The notes beneath the pieces were generated by a model, which was not told the DNA's origin, ran no database searches, and saw nothing but the letters and a program-made list of their open reading frames with translations. This document shows positions 1 to 11,430 of a DNA stretch of 64,000 nt, one piece after another. The stretch comes from Candidatus Dormiibacterota bacterium (GTDB lineage Bacteria; Chloroflexota; Dormibacteria; Aeolococcales; Aeolococcaceae): positions 1-64,000 of the forward strand of contig CAVPXI010000005.1 in assembly GCA_963709585.1 (NCBI GenBank), in the 5' to 3' direction. Position 1 is the first letter of the stretch, and each line of letters starts with the position of its first letter. The translations under genes were made by a program, and so were the position numbers.

Positions 1-13
1 GAGCAGCCTGCTG

Positions 14-1888
14 ATGTGGACCGCAGCCGCCGTGCTCTCGTTGGGATTGATCTATCTGGCGTTGATGTTCCTTCCCACGGTGCCCCTGCCATCCACGACC
101 GGATCGGTCGCGTACAACCCGGATTACGCGTACTTCCTCGGTCTGATCGCCGAGGTCGCACACCATTGGCCCGCCACCAGTCCGGGCTTGTCCGGTGAGC
201 CACTGCACTACCAGTGGTTCGTCTTCATCCACATGGCAGCGATCAATCAGGTGACCAATCTTCCGATTCCGACCATCGCGTTCAGGCTCGACTACGTGCC
301 CACGATCATCGTGCTCGGATGTCAGTTGCTTGCAGTGGGCCGCTTCCTTGGCAAGTCGGCATGGACCGGGGTGCTTGCGACCGCGGTGTTCCTCCTCCTC
401 GGACCCCTCGACCTCACCACCGACGTCGGCGGATCGACACCCTTCTTTGACCTGGTCAGCAATCACCTGCTTGCGAGTTGGACGTTCCCCTATGGGTTGA
501 CGTTCTTCCTTGCGCTCATCTATTGCATCGACGAGCGGCTGCGCGCCGCAACGTGGCGCACCGCTCGCGACCTCTCATCGTGGGTACTGATCGGGCTCTT
601 GATGATCGGCGGGTCTGGGGCCAAGGGCACGATTCTGCCGGTCATCATTGCGGGCCTCGGGCTGTACTTCGTCCTTGCATTCGTTGTCCGACGCTCGATT
701 CCGGTTGCCGCGCTGGTGACGCTGGCTTTGAGCCTGGTGATCTTTGCGGTGACCTTCTCCGTGGTCTATGGGGGCGGGGTGCCCGGCACCAACATTCAAC
801 CGCTCGCATCTCTGGCGCGCACTGCGCCCGTGATCGTGGCAAGCGAACTCACGAGCCCCAAGCTGCGCGCCGTCGCCCTGCCCTTTGCATACGTCGCCGG
901 CTTGGCTGGGATGCTACTGCCGCTGGCGGGGATCCTCTACTTCCTGCGCCGGCATCGCCTACGCGAGATCTCCCCGTTCTGTCTGTGCCTGTGCCTTCTC
1001 GCGGCGGGACTGCTGATTGCCAACGTGGTGGATCAGGTCGGGTACAGCGAACTGTACTTTCAGGACACGGGGTACGTCGCCGGCTGCATCGTGGCCGGCG
1101 CAGGTCTTCGACTGGCGTGGGTCGATCTCGGTAAGGCGCTGCCGATTTCGAGGCGTGGAGTTGCGATTGCTCTCGTCGTCTGGGTGGTCTTCCTGCTGGC
1201 GGTGGTCGCCGTGACATCGAGAGCAGTCGCTCATCCCGACGCCCTCAAGATCCGCTACATCGCACTGGCCGTGGGCACCGTCGTGTTCGTTCTGCTGTGG
1301 ATTTATGTGCTGAGCGGCCGCCGTCGCCCGATGGCGGGCGTCGTCGCGTTGGGCCTGATTCCGTTGCTGGCGGCTGCCGCGCTCTCCCCGCCACTCGAGG
1401 TGTCGACAACCGTGCGGAACCTGCTCGACGACGCTCCGGTCACACCGGTGCGACCGGATCCACAGACAGTCTGGGGGCTGACTCCGGGGCTCTTCGCCGC
1501 GCTCCGATGGTTGCAGGCCAACGCGCCGGTCGGAGCGGTGCTGGCGGTCAGCAACCACTGGGTGGATCCTGGCAAGACGGATGGACGCTACTTCTACTAC
1601 TCAGCCTTCTCAGAGCGCCAGGTCTTCATCGAGGGCTATGACCCCATTCGTTACGGGATATCAGACGTCCTCGCCATGCCCCTGGGCAGGAACTACACGT
1701 ATCGTCAACGCCTGAACGATGCGCTCTTCAATCATGCGGATGCCGCCGCCCTGCATGTTCTCGTCCAGCAGTACGGGGTGCGCTTTCTCCTGGTCGATCG
1801 CATTCACGGCAGCGTCGATACCGCAGTGCTCCAACTGGGACGCATCGTGTTCGGCGACGCCGACGCTTTCATCGTCGCCGTTGGGTGA
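14..1888 (+). CDS. Polytopic membrane protein, GT-C-like glycosyltransferase; 5' end probably upstream of the window; paralog of 5457..7739
   Basis: Many hydrophobic segments; loop YNPDYAYF; C-terminal NHWVD..TDGRYFYYSAFSERQVFIEGYD shared with 5457..7739; glycan locus context. Confidence 0.7.
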   Translation: MWTAAAVLSLGLIYLALMFLPTVPLPSTTGSVAYNPDYAYFLGLIAEVAHHWPATSPGLSGEPLHYQWFVFIHMAAINQVTNLPIPTIAFRLDYVPTIIVLGCQLLAVGRFLGKSAWTGVLATAVFLLLGPLDLTTDVGGSTPFFDLVSNHLLASWTFPYGLTFFLALIYCIDERLRAATWRTARDLSSWVLIGLLMIGGSGAKGTILPVIIAGLGLYFVLAFVVRRSIPVAALVTLALSLVIFAVTFSVVYGGGVPGTNIQPLASLARTAPVIVASELTSPKLRAVALPFAYVAGLAGMLLPLAGILYFLRRHRLREISPFCLCLCLLAAGLLIANVVDQVGYSELYFQDTGYVAGCIVAGAGLRLAWVDLGKALPISRRGVAIALVVWVVFLLAVVAVTSRAVAHPDALKIRYIALAVGTVVFVLLWIYVLSGRRRPMAGVVALGLIPLLAAAALSPPLEVSTTVRNLLDDAPVTPVRPDPQTVWGLTPGLFAALRWLQANAPVGAVLAVSNHWVDPGKTDGRYFYYSAFSERQVFIEGYDPIRYGISDVLAMPLGRNYTYRQRLNDALFNHADAAALHVLVQQYGVRFLLVDRIHGSVDTAVLQLGRIVFGDADAFIVAVG

Positions 1889-1951
1889 TCCGGTTGGCCG
1901 ACGCGCGACCGCGTGACCGCCGAGGCGCCGCGGAGGTCCATTGCGGTCAAT

Positions 1952-2900
1952 TCATGGGCGGGAGCGGCGCCACCATTCGACGGTTTGGCGCAACCCGTCC
2001 TCCAGCGGCACCATCGCCCGCCAGTCCAGCTCGCGCACGGCGACGCTCACATCCGGACACCGCCGCTGAGGGTCGTCGACCGGCAGCGGGCGCCTCTCGA
2101 TCGACGAGTCGCTCGAGCAGGTGCTGCGGACCATCTCGGCAAGCTCCAGCATCGTGACCTCGCGCGGGTTGCCGAGGTTCACCGGCAGCGTGTAGTCCGA
2201 GCGCAGCAGCCGCATCAGCCCCTCGATGAGATCGTCGACGTAGCAAAGGCTGCGCGTCTGCGAGCCGTCGCCGTACACCGTGAGCGGCGCGCCGGCGAGC
2301 GCCTGCGTGACAAACTGCGGGACCGCACGCCCGTCCGCATCGCGCATCCGTGGACCGTACGGTGTTGAAGATGCGCGCGATCCGGACGTCCACACTGCGA
2401 GCGTTCATGAACGCCATCGCGAACGCCTCGGAAACCCGCTTGGATTCGTCGTAGACACTGCGCGGCCCGATCGGGTTGACGTTGCCCCAGTACGTCTCGG
2501 GCTGAGGATGAACGAGCGGGTCACCGTACACCTCGCTGGTCGAGGCGAGCAGGAATCGAGCCCCCTTGCTTTCGGCGAGACGTAGGGCATTGATGGTGCC
2601 CAGCGTGCCAACCTCGAGCGTCGCCAGCGGATGCTTCTGGTAGTCCACCGGCGATGCCAGCGACGCGAAGTGCAGGACGGCGTTCACCGCGCCCCCGATG
2701 CTCCATGTGCCAGTCACGTCATCGGTGCGCAGGGTGAAGCGCGGATTACCGTCGAGGTGGCTCACGTTGCGCGGGCTCCCGGTGATCATGTTGTCGACGC
2801 AGACCACCTCGGCCCCCTCGGCCAGCAGGCGGTCAGCGAGGTGGGATCCGAGAAAGCCAGCGCCGCCGGTCACGACCACGCGCGACGGAGTCCAGGTCAT
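1952..2900 (-). CDS. UDP-glucuronate decarboxylase / NAD-dependent epimerase-dehydratase, with an apparent +1 frameshift near 2360
   Basis: [26 protein letters not shown]; RIFNT continues as YGPRM in the adjacent frame (1952..2395). Confidence 0.85.
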
Positions 2901-4293
2901 CGGACGGCGAGCAGGTCGGGTGTCCTCGTGCCGGCAGGCGGCTGCGCTTTGGCAGCTTGGGTTTGCGAGTTGGCCGTCCCACCCCGATGTACGTGAAACC
3001 GAGGTCGACGAGGGGATCGGGGCTGAGGCAGTTGCGCCCATCGACCACGAGCCGGCGGCGCACCAGCGTGGCCACCCGAGCCCAGTCGAGACTGACGTAC
3101 TCCGGCCACTCGGTGACCACCACAACCGCGTCCGCCCCGCTGACGCATCGATAGGGATCGTCCACGAGCTCCGTGTTCGGGAGCAGCGGCAGGGCATTCG
3201 GACCCGCCACCGGGTCGGTGGCCACCACCGAGGCTCCGAGGTCCTCGAGGTGGCGGATGACGTCGATCGACGCTGCCTGGCGGACGTCGTCCGTGCCCGG
3301 TTTGAATGCGAGCCCGAGCACCGCAATCCTGCGCTTGGCAAGCTTGCCGTTGAGGGCGCGTTGAATCTTGGCCACGAACCTGCTCCGCGCTTGCTGGTTG
3401 ACCTCGACGGCGGCGCGAAGCAGCAGGAAGCTCTGGCCGTGATAGCTCGCCGCCTGATCGAGCGCGCGCACGTCCTTGGGGAAGCAGGAGCCGCCGAAAC
3501 CCAGTCCGGCGCCGAGGAATGCGCGGCCGATGCGCTCGTCGGTGCCGATGCCGTCGGCGACCGAGCTCACATCCGCGCCGGTGAACTCGCAGAGTTGCGC
3601 CATCTCGTTGATGAAGGAGATCTTCAGCGCCAGGAAGGCGTTGACCCCGTACTTGATCAGCTCCGCGCTGGTCGAGTTGGTGATTCGGATCGGTGCGTCG
3701 AGATGCCCGAAGAGGCCGGCGACCCGCTCGCATGCGTCGCGGTCGTCGCCGCCGATGACGACCTGTGGCGGCTGGCGAAAGTCACGAACCGCGCTGCCTT
3801 CGGCGAGGAACTCGGGGCAGACGGTCAACGGAACGACGCGTCCGTTGCGGCGACAGAGTGACTGCAGCGACGCGGTGGTTCCGGGCGGAACCGTGCTCTT
3901 GATCGCGATGACCGTCTCGGCTCCGGCGCTACGAACCGCCTGCGTGACCGCGGCGCGCACCTGGGTGAGGTCGGCCCGTCCGTCGCCGAGCGGCGGCGTT
4001 CCGACCGCGATCATGATCACCGCCGCCCCGCCCATGGCGACCGCTGGGTCGTCGTGGAGGACGAGCGCGCCGTTCTTGAGCACCTTCTCGAGCAGATCGT
4101 CGAGGAGTGGCTCGTGAATCGGAGCCCTGCCCTGGCGAAGCATCTCGAGCCGGGTTGGATCGATGTCCAGGAGGCGCACGTCCACGCCGGCGTCGGCGAG
4201 GCACACGGCGGTGACCAGGCCGACGTACCCGGCTCCGACCATGCAGAGCGGGTTCGGGCGCCCGGTCATGCGGCCACGAGCCTTCGAGTTCAC
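2833..4293 (-). CDS. ugd: UDP-glucose 6-dehydrogenase
   Basis: [44 protein letters not shown]. Confidence 0.92.
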   Translation of the reverse strand: MNSKARGRMTGRPNPLCMVGAGYVGLVTAVCLADAGVDVRLLDIDPTRLEMLRQGRAPIHEPLLDDLLEKVLKNGALVLHDDPAVAMGGAAVIMIAVGTPPLGDGRADLTQVRAAVTQAVRSAGAETVIAIKSTVPPGTTASLQSLCRRNGRVVPLTVCPEFLAEGSAVRDFRQPPQVVIGGDDRDACERVAGLFGHLDAPIRITNSTSAELIKYGVNAFLALKISFINEMAQLCEFTGADVSSVADGIGTDERIGRAFLGAGLGFGGSCFPKDVRALDQAASYHGQSFLLLRAAVEVNQQARSRFVAKIQRALNGKLAKRRIAVLGLAFKPGTDDVRQAASIDVIRHLEDLGASVVATDPVAGPNALPLLPNTELVDDPYRCVSGADAVVVVTEWPEYVSLDWARVATLVRRRLVVDGRNCLSPDPLVDLGFTYIGVGRPTRKPKLPKRSRLPARGHPTCSPSDDLDSVARGRDRRRWLSRIPPR

Positions 4294-4323
4294 AGGGCGA
4301 ACAATACGGGTCCCAGCGCCGGC

Positions 4324-5386
4324 CTACGCCGTTTGCGATCGAACCGGGAGAGGAGGCGGTGACCCGCCCCCGGTTTCAATCCCGCGCGCGGCCTCGAGCA
4401 CGCCGGCCCAGAACCCCGCCCCCCAGGCCAGGTGCATCACCGCAAAGGCGGCGGGAATCCGCCCGCGCACCTCCAACGATTCGCCGCGGCCCGCCTGCTG
4501 CCCGGCAAGGATGCAGGCGGCGGCGTACGCACCGGCGCCGGCCAGGGCGAGACGACGGCCCCGCCCGGTCACAACCATCGCCGCCATGACAGGGAGCGCC
4601 GCGACCAGTGCCGGCGCGACCAGGTGATAGGGGCGGATGACCCCCGGGCTGGCTCGGGCCACGCGTACCTTTCCCCGTCCGTACCGATAGTACTGCCGCC
4701 CCAGCGCCCGGAACCCGCTGCGGACGTGGTATCGGGTCCGGATCTCGGGGCTGAAGACGATGCGTCCACCGGTCGCGCGGATGCGCTCGTTCAGCTCGTA
4801 GTCCTCGTGCGGCGGGTACGCCTCGTCGAAGAGGCCGACGCGCTCGAATGCGCTGCGCCGGAAGGTGCCAAGAAATACGGTCGGCATCTCGGCCTCGCGT
4901 TCCGAGTAGCGGAATCGCGCGCCACCGACCCCGAACGGCGAGCTCATGGCCCGGGCGATCGCGCGGCCGGAGGGTCCGTCGCCGATTGCATCCTGCCGGC
5001 CGCCGACGTTGTCGGCTCGAGTTCGAGAGCAGCAGCGCCACCGATCGGCTGAGATGGTCGGGCGCCCATTCCGCGTGCCCGTCCTGGCGGGCGATGACCT
5101 CGCCGCGGCTCGCACCGATCGCACGATTCAACCCGGCCGCCTGCATCCGGCCCGGATTGTCAACAAGGCGCACGCGAGGATCCCGTTGCGCGATCGCACC
5201 AACGATGTCCCGGGTGCGATCTGTCGAGCCTCCGTCGGCGACGATCACCTCGTATCGATCCGGCGGGTAGTCCTGCGCGAGGACGGAGTCGAGGCAGGCC
5301 TCGATGTGACGCTCCTCATTGAAGACCGGCAGGACGACACTCACGAAGGCGGTGTCAACGGCGATCTTTGCGCTCCTTGAACTCAT
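4324..5386 (-). CDS. GT2 glycosyltransferase (ExoA-like), with an apparent +1 frameshift near 5020
   Basis: SVVLPVFNEE, DGGSTDRT, QDGH in one frame; ADNVGG, EDYELNERI, QYYRYG in the next. Confidence 0.85.
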
Positions 5387-5456
5387 GGTGCCTCTGGCAC
5401 GGTAACGCCTCGCCCACCGGTGCCGACGGAGCGAACGCACCACTGGTCTCACCCTG

Positions 5457-7739
5457 TTGGGGGATACTCCGCCGGTGCTCCGCCGGGGATCAGCGCCCGT
5501 TACGCTCGTCATCGTCGTCGCGCTGGAGCTCTGGCTCCTCTCCGGGGTCACTCCGGACGAGATCGTCAGATTCGCCGGATACGAGTTCGTGTTCGTTGCG
5601 CTACCGGGCGTGGCGACGCTCTGGGCCCTCCGCGGACGCCCCGGAGGATTTCTCGAGTTGGTCGGCCTCGGAATGCCGCTGGGTTACGCCCTCGAGATCC
5701 TCGCGTTCAGCGCGACGGCCGCAGCCGGCGTCCGGGGACTCTTCCTCATCTATCCGGTCGTGGTGGTTGCCCTCGCCGGGCTGCTGGTCTGGCGGCGCCG
5801 GAGGACCGCCGGCCAGGTCCCCCCGGCGGTCCCGATGTCGGGCCGGGTCATGTGGATCGCCGCGACGACGCTCTCCGCAGGTCTGACCTATCTGGCGCTG
5901 ATGTTCATCCCGCAGTCGCCGCTGCCTACCGGGCGAATGTCAGTCGCCTACAGCCCGGATTTCGTCTACCAGATGAGCAAGACCGCCGAAGTTCTCTACC
6001 ACTGGCCGCCGACGAATCCTGGGTTGTCAGGGGTTCCGCTGCCCTACGAGTGGTTTCTCTTCTTCCACATGGCTGCGGTCAGCCAGGTCACCCACCTCGG
6101 GATCCCGACCATCGCCTTACGCCTCGATTTCGTCCCACTGATCCTCACCGTGGGCTGTCAGTTGCTCATGATCGGCCGCGCATTCGCCGGCACCGCGACG
6201 ACCGGTGCGATCGCGCTCGTCGTGGTGTTTCTGCTCGGACCCCTCGACCTGACAACCGATTCGGCGGGGTCGTCCCCGTTCTTCAGCATCTTCAGCAGTC
6301 ACCTATGGTCGAGCTGGACATTCCCGTTCGGGCTCATCTTCTTCGTGGCACTGCTGTATCTGATCGCCGAACGATTGCGGGCGACCACCTGGAACAAACG
6401 CGCAGATCTCGGCTCGTGGCTATTGATCGCGCTCCTCATGGTCGGAGCCTCCGGCGCCAAGGCGACCATCCTGCCGGTGCTGCTCGTCGGCACCGGGATC
6501 TACGCCGGATTCGTCGGGCTCAGGGGCCGCGCCAGGCCCGCTCCGTCGCTGCTGATGGCACTCGGTCTGGAGGTGGCGATCTTCGTCGCAACGTTCTACG
6601 TCATCTATCGGGGGGGCGCACCGTTCACCGGGCTCGGTCCACTGGCATCACTGAGTTGGACCCTCCCGGTCGTCGATGCCACTCAGAGCTCGTTACCGGG
6701 TGCGGTCCGCGCCATCGCACTGCCGGCAGCGTATGCCGCGGGGCTCGCCGGGATGCTGCTTCCGCTCACCGGGTTGCTGTACCTGCTTCGACGCCGGCAC
6801 CGCCAGAGACTGAGGCGCTACGCACTCTGCCTGAGCATGCTGGGAGCCGGCGTCGTCATCGCCAACGTCTTCCACCAGATCGGCTACAGCGAGTTGTATT
6901 TTCAGGACACCGGATACGTGGCCGGGTGCATCGTGGCGGCGGACGGACTGCGCCTTGCCTGGTTGGACGCCGGGAATGCTCTGCCGATATCCAAACGCGC
7001 TGCTGCGACTGCGCTGGGGTGCTGGATCGGTGTGCTCACAGCGCTGGTCATCGCGACCTCGCCGACGCTGCACCAGTCACAGACGGCCGTCCTCCGATAC
7101 ACGGTGCTGATCTCGGGATGCGTGCTGTTCGTAGGCGGGTGCTTCCTGGTTGCGCGGCTGCGCAAACGTCCCACCTCGGGCGTGCTGGGGCTGGAACTCA
7201 TTCCCATCCTTGCCGCATCCGCACTTGCGTCACCGATCGAGATCTCAGCCACGACCGGTCTGATGCTGAGCGGCATTCCCGTCGCACTCGCCCAAGCCAG
7301 TGCGCCCAACGTCCGTGGCCTGACGCCCGATCTCCTTGCCGCGCTGCAATGGTTGCAGGCTCACTCTTCGGTCGATGCGGTGATCGCTGTGAGCAACCAC
7401 TGGCTCGATGCGGCCGAGACCGATGGACGCTACTACTACTACTCGGCCTTCTCTGATCGCCAGGTCTTCGTCGAAGGCTACGACGCGTCGCGCTACGAGA
7501 TCGCCACGGACATCGACACCCCCACCGGAGCCGACTTCGCAATCCGCCAGACCTTGAACGACGATGTGTTCCGCTACGCCGACGCGGCTGCGCTTCACAC
7601 GATGACTCAAAAGTATTCGGTTCGCTTCCTGCTGATCGACAGTCAGGACCGTGACACCGACGATGACAACCCGGCTGTGCTGAAACTCGGAACTGTGGTC
7701 TTCGCCAATGCGGCGGATACCATCGTTGCGGTCGGATAG
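5457..7739 (+). CDS. Polytopic membrane protein, GT-C-like glycosyltransferase; start uncertain (5420 GTG possible if the G run near 5460 is miscalled)
   Basis: 760 aa, many TM segments, YSPDFVYQ loop, colinear similarity to 14..1888. Confidence 0.72.
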   Translation: MGDTPPVLRRGSAPVTLVIVVALELWLLSGVTPDEIVRFAGYEFVFVALPGVATLWALRGRPGGFLELVGLGMPLGYALEILAFSATAAAGVRGLFLIYPVVVVALAGLLVWRRRRTAGQVPPAVPMSGRVMWIAATTLSAGLTYLALMFIPQSPLPTGRMSVAYSPDFVYQMSKTAEVLYHWPPTNPGLSGVPLPYEWFLFFHMAAVSQVTHLGIPTIALRLDFVPLILTVGCQLLMIGRAFAGTATTGAIALVVVFLLGPLDLTTDSAGSSPFFSIFSSHLWSSWTFPFGLIFFVALLYLIAERLRATTWNKRADLGSWLLIALLMVGASGAKATILPVLLVGTGIYAGFVGLRGRARPAPSLLMALGLEVAIFVATFYVIYRGGAPFTGLGPLASLSWTLPVVDATQSSLPGAVRAIALPAAYAAGLAGMLLPLTGLLYLLRRRHRQRLRRYALCLSMLGAGVVIANVFHQIGYSELYFQDTGYVAGCIVAADGLRLAWLDAGNALPISKRAAATALGCWIGVLTALVIATSPTLHQSQTAVLRYTVLISGCVLFVGGCFLVARLRKRPTSGVLGLELIPILAASALASPIEISATTGLMLSGIPVALAQASAPNVRGLTPDLLAALQWLQAHSSVDAVIAVSNHWLDAAETDGRYYYYSAFSDRQVFVEGYDASRYEIATDIDTPTGADFAIRQTLNDDVFRYADAAALHTMTQKYSVRFLLIDSQDRDTDDDNPAVLKLGTVVFANAADTIVAVG

Positions 7740-7832
7740 GCGTTCTCGTGGTGCTGCGGATCACGCTGCATCGGGTTGCTGTCCAAGGCGATGATGGACG
7801 TCTCCCATCGGCGCATTCGCATGATCAGCGTG

Positions 7833-7838
7833 TAGGCT
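7833..7838 (+). promoter_or_regulatory. -10 box TAGGCT of a probable leaderless transcript
   Basis: TANNNT 7 nt before ATG 7846; no SD. Confidence 0.5.
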
Positions 7839-7845
7839 AGCCCGG

Positions 7846-9222
7846 ATGATCGCCCAGAAGGTTCCGGGCGCCACGGTGGCGGCCGGCCGGCGAGGAATCC
7901 TCGCCTCAGAGCGAAAGTTGTTGCTCGCGGCCGGCGACACAGTTCTCGTCGCCGCGTCACTCGTCATCGCGTTCAATCTCCGGTCGGGGCCGATCCAGCA
8001 CGCCGCCCTGACCATTCCCTGGATCGGGGTGGCGCTGGTCACGGCGATCTGGCTCACCGTGGCGCTGGTCGTCGACGCGTATGACCTTCATGCCGCCGTG
8101 AGTGCCCGGGCGATCTTCCGGGTTGTTGCCACGACCGTCACGCTTGAAACGATCGCTCTGCTTGTCGTCTTCTTCATCGCCCCCTATGGGGTGACCCGTC
8201 CGACCATCCTCATCTGGGTCCCGGTGGCGGCCCTCACCGTGCTGTGCTGGCGCCTGCTCTACCGGCGAGTATTCGCCCAGGCCATCTTTGCGGGGCGGAT
8301 CATGCTCGTCGCCGACCCCGAGACCGTCGACCGGGTCTGGGCCGATGTCGATCAGCAACTGTCCGGTCTCTATCGGGTGGTCGGGACCATCCACCCCGCC
8401 GATGTCGACGCCGGTAGCCGGCTCACCGCGGCGGCGACGGGGCGAGAGGCCGACCAGATCGTCCTCGGCGCCGAGGAGGATCTGCCGACCGATCTCTTTC
8501 AGAGCCTCGTGGACTGCTACGACCGCGGGCTTGTGGTGCGGTCGATCGCGGACATCTACGAGGAGTTGACCGGTCGCCTGCTCGTCGAACGCTTGCGTCA
8601 GACCTGGCTGCTGTCCCTGCAGCAACGCGGCGAGACGTCACGCGTCTATGCGGTCTTCAAGCGATTGGTCGACATCGTCGCGGGTTTCCTCGGCCTGGTC
8701 GTGCTCGCCGTGTTGCTCCCGTTCGTGTGGGTCGCCGTCAAGCTTGAGGATCGCGGCCCTCTGTTCCACAGGCAGGATCGCGTGGGCCACTTCGGGCGGG
8801 CGTTCGAGATCCTCAAGCTGCGCACGATGTATGCGAGGCCGGGTGAGAAGCTGCACTGGACCGCCCTGGACGACGAGCGCATCACCCGGGTCGGGAGGGT
8901 GCTCCGTCGCCTCCACCTCGACGAGCTTCCGCAGGCGTGGAACATCCTCCGCGGCGACATGAGCGTTGTGGGGCCGCGTCCCGAGCAGATCCGCTACGTC
9001 GAGGAACTCCGCGAGAGCATCCCCTACTACAACACGAGGCTCTCGGTCCGACCCGGCCTCACCGGCTGGGCTCAGGTGAACTTCGGTTATGGCAGCGGCG
9101 TCGACGGGTCCACGGTGAAACTCTCCTACGACCTGTACTACATCAAGCATCAGTCGGTTGCGCTCGACCTGCTGATCATCGCGCGCACGTTGTTCGCAGT
9201 GGCCACGCTCAAGGGCCGCTGA
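7846..9222 (+). CDS. Undecaprenyl-phosphate glycosylphosphotransferase (WcaJ/WbaP family)
   Basis: N-terminal TMs; KRLVD, KLRTM, LDELPQAWNILRGDMSVVGPRPE, RPGLTGWAQV, YDLYY. Confidence 0.92.
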   Translation: MIAQKVPGATVAAGRRGILASERKLLLAAGDTVLVAASLVIAFNLRSGPIQHAALTIPWIGVALVTAIWLTVALVVDAYDLHAAVSARAIFRVVATTVTLETIALLVVFFIAPYGVTRPTILIWVPVAALTVLCWRLLYRRVFAQAIFAGRIMLVADPETVDRVWADVDQQLSGLYRVVGTIHPADVDAGSRLTAAATGREADQIVLGAEEDLPTDLFQSLVDCYDRGLVVRSIADIYEELTGRLLVERLRQTWLLSLQQRGETSRVYAVFKRLVDIVAGFLGLVVLAVLLPFVWVAVKLEDRGPLFHRQDRVGHFGRAFEILKLRTMYARPGEKLHWTALDDERITRVGRVLRRLHLDELPQAWNILRGDMSVVGPRPEQIRYVEELRESIPYYNTRLSVRPGLTGWAQVNFGYGSGVDGSTVKLSYDLYYIKHQSVALDLLIIARTLFAVATLKGR

Positions 9223-11381
9223 GCCCACCCAGCTTGCCACTGCACGACCTCACGCACTCGATTCCCGGGGTGGTGATCGCCGCCCTGCTCCCGGGATTTG
9301 CTCTGGCGACGCTTCTCGCGCCTGGATGGCGGGCATGGCAGCGCCTCACGATGGCGCCCGGTTTGTCGGCCGGTTTTATCGGCGTCGCCGGCCTGGCGAT
9401 GCACGACGTGCACATCCCATTCGAGCCACTCACGATCTTTCCCGCTCTGATCGTGCTGGGTGTAGCGGCGGTCATTCGCTGGCGACGCCGCGACCGGGCA
9501 AGCGCTGACGAGGCACCCTGGTGGCTCCCACTGCCAGCCCTGCTGGCCGGGGCGGTGGGAGCCGCCATCTTTGTCCTCGCACTCCGCAACCAGCTCCTCC
9601 CCCCCGACTGGGATTCGCCGACTCACGCCGGTCTGGCCACCGCCATCGCGCGAGCGCACAACGTCCTCCCCTTGATCCCGATCCCGCTCGAAGCGACAGA
9701 ATTCGTGAGACCACGACCGGGCTTCGAAGCGATGACCGCCGTTGTGTCCTGGCTCGGCGCACCCTCGCCGGCGGAGGCGATGGGGCCGGTGATCGCGATG
9801 ACGCTCGTGCTGATGCCGCTGTCGCTCGCCTTCCTTGTCTACGAAGCGACCGGCTCGGTCGCGCTCACCGCGATCGTCCCGTTCTTCGCGCTCGGTCTCG
9901 CGTTTCCGTCCGGTCAGGCGATCATCGGACGATTCCCCGAGGTCGTCAACTCCACCCTGATCGTTCCATTCATCGTCGCATCGCTGCGCGTGATTCGCGG
10001 ACGAAGTACTCGCGAGAACGCGCTGTTGATCGTCGGCATCGTCACGTCGATCTGGGTGATCCACGGGCTCGAGTTGGTGACCGCGCTGGTTGTCGGGTGC
10101 GGCCTCTATGCGGTGGCCGTCTTCACCACCATGCGCGCCTCATGGCGTGCAGGTTTTGCTCGGATCGCACTGGTCGTGGGCGCGACCCTGGCCGGGGCAG
10201 CGCTGGTAACGCTGCTGACGCGCCTGCCGCACGTGCCGCCACCAACCCACATCCAGCCGTCACAGATCATCGTCGCGACCAAGAGCGCACCGGTGAAGTT
10301 TCACCATATTCTGCTGACGATCGCCGAGACCGACATCACCAGCCCCGTCGCACTCGCGCTCTATGTCATCGGCGCGATCACGCTGTTGATTCGTCGCAAG
10401 ATGCTGTGGGTCCTGGCTGCACAGATCCTGCTGATCCTGATGATGGTCGACGACCTCTTCCTCCACCGTCTGAGCTGGTTCTGGCGCCTCGTCTATCCGT
10501 GGGGCGACACAGACCGAATTCTCGGGGTGCAGTACTGGCTGATTCCGCTCGTGCTGGGTGCCGGCCTGCTGTCACTGGCGGACGTGCTCCGCCGGCTGTC
10601 GCGCACTCGCCGGTTGTGGGTGATAGTTTCGATCGCCGCAGTCGCAGTCGTTGCGATCGCATTCGTCGTACGGCACCCACTTGGGCGTCTCTGGACCTAC
10701 GTCATCAGCACGAACACCGTGTACCTCTACCCATTGGGCGTGTTCAACCGCCTGGCGCAGCTGCGTCCGTGGATCCCCATGCTGGCGACGGCCGCGATCG
10801 TCGTGATCGTCGCCTGGGTGGTGTTCGCGAGGCACATTGATGTTCCCGGCTTCGTCCACCGGCTGCTGGGTGGCTTCGGACAGCACCTCGATGGCGGCGC
10901 TGCCATCGTCGGTCTCCTGGCCGTGCTCTGTCTGGGAGTCGGCGCCACGACCGAGCTCGATGTGTACAGAACTGAGGTCAACACGCGCTCGCTCGTCTCC
11001 CCTGCCGACCTGGCGGTGCTGCAGCGCATGCAGCAGGTGCTCCCGAAGGGCGCGATCGTGATGAGCGATGGTGGCGACGACGCGGGCATGTGGATGGCGG
11101 CGCTGACCACGCTGACCCCGTTGGTACCGAACGGCTTCGCCTGGGGCTCGTTGGACACGCCGCTCGATGTGGCCCTCAGCAAGGCCTGCACCGACCCGGC
11201 CGGCGCTGAAGCCGCGCTCGCGCAGTCGCAGACCGACGCTGTCTTCGTCGGCGCGCTCAACATTGCCACGCCGCTCTACCCGTGGAACGTGGACTGCATC
11301 GCGCGGCTGCCGGACCTTCGTATCATCGCGTCGGCACCCTGGTATGGCGCCGTCGCCACCGGCTTCGCAGTGGTCAAATAG
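9219..11381 (+). CDS. Large polytopic membrane protein, probable GT-C/DUF6541-like; start at CTG 9219 or TTG 9234
   Basis: Many TM segments, PPDWDSPTH loop motif, soluble C-terminal domain; follows the priming transferase. Confidence 0.62.
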   Translation: MSPPSLPLHDLTHSIPGVVIAALLPGFALATLLAPGWRAWQRLTMAPGLSAGFIGVAGLAMHDVHIPFEPLTIFPALIVLGVAAVIRWRRRDRASADEAPWWLPLPALLAGAVGAAIFVLALRNQLLPPDWDSPTHAGLATAIARAHNVLPLIPIPLEATEFVRPRPGFEAMTAVVSWLGAPSPAEAMGPVIAMTLVLMPLSLAFLVYEATGSVALTAIVPFFALGLAFPSGQAIIGRFPEVVNSTLIVPFIVASLRVIRGRSTRENALLIVGIVTSIWVIHGLELVTALVVGCGLYAVAVFTTMRASWRAGFARIALVVGATLAGAALVTLLTRLPHVPPPTHIQPSQIIVATKSAPVKFHHILLTIAETDITSPVALALYVIGAITLLIRRKMLWVLAAQILLILMMVDDLFLHRLSWFWRLVYPWGDTDRILGVQYWLIPLVLGAGLLSLADVLRRLSRTRRLWVIVSIAAVAVVAIAFVVRHPLGRLWTYVISTNTVYLYPLGVFNRLAQLRPWIPMLATAAIVVIVAWVVFARHIDVPGFVHRLLGGFGQHLDGGAAIVGLLAVLCLGVGATTELDVYRTEVNTRSLVSPADLAVLQRMQQVLPKGAIVMSDGGDDAGMWMAALTTLTPLVPNGFAWGSLDTPLDVALSKACTDPAGAEAALAQSQTDAVFVGALNIATPLYPWNVDCIARLPDLRIIASAPWYGAVATGFAVVK

Positions 11382-11430
11382 CCGGCGCGAGGTCCTCGAA
11401 CAGATCCGTCACCAGCCGAGGCAGCGGGTG

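Noticed and set aside
8937-9218. Upstream start of the 814-aa ORF
   Set aside because: It overlaps the conserved C-terminus of the WcaJ-type gene; protein-like sequence begins near 9219.
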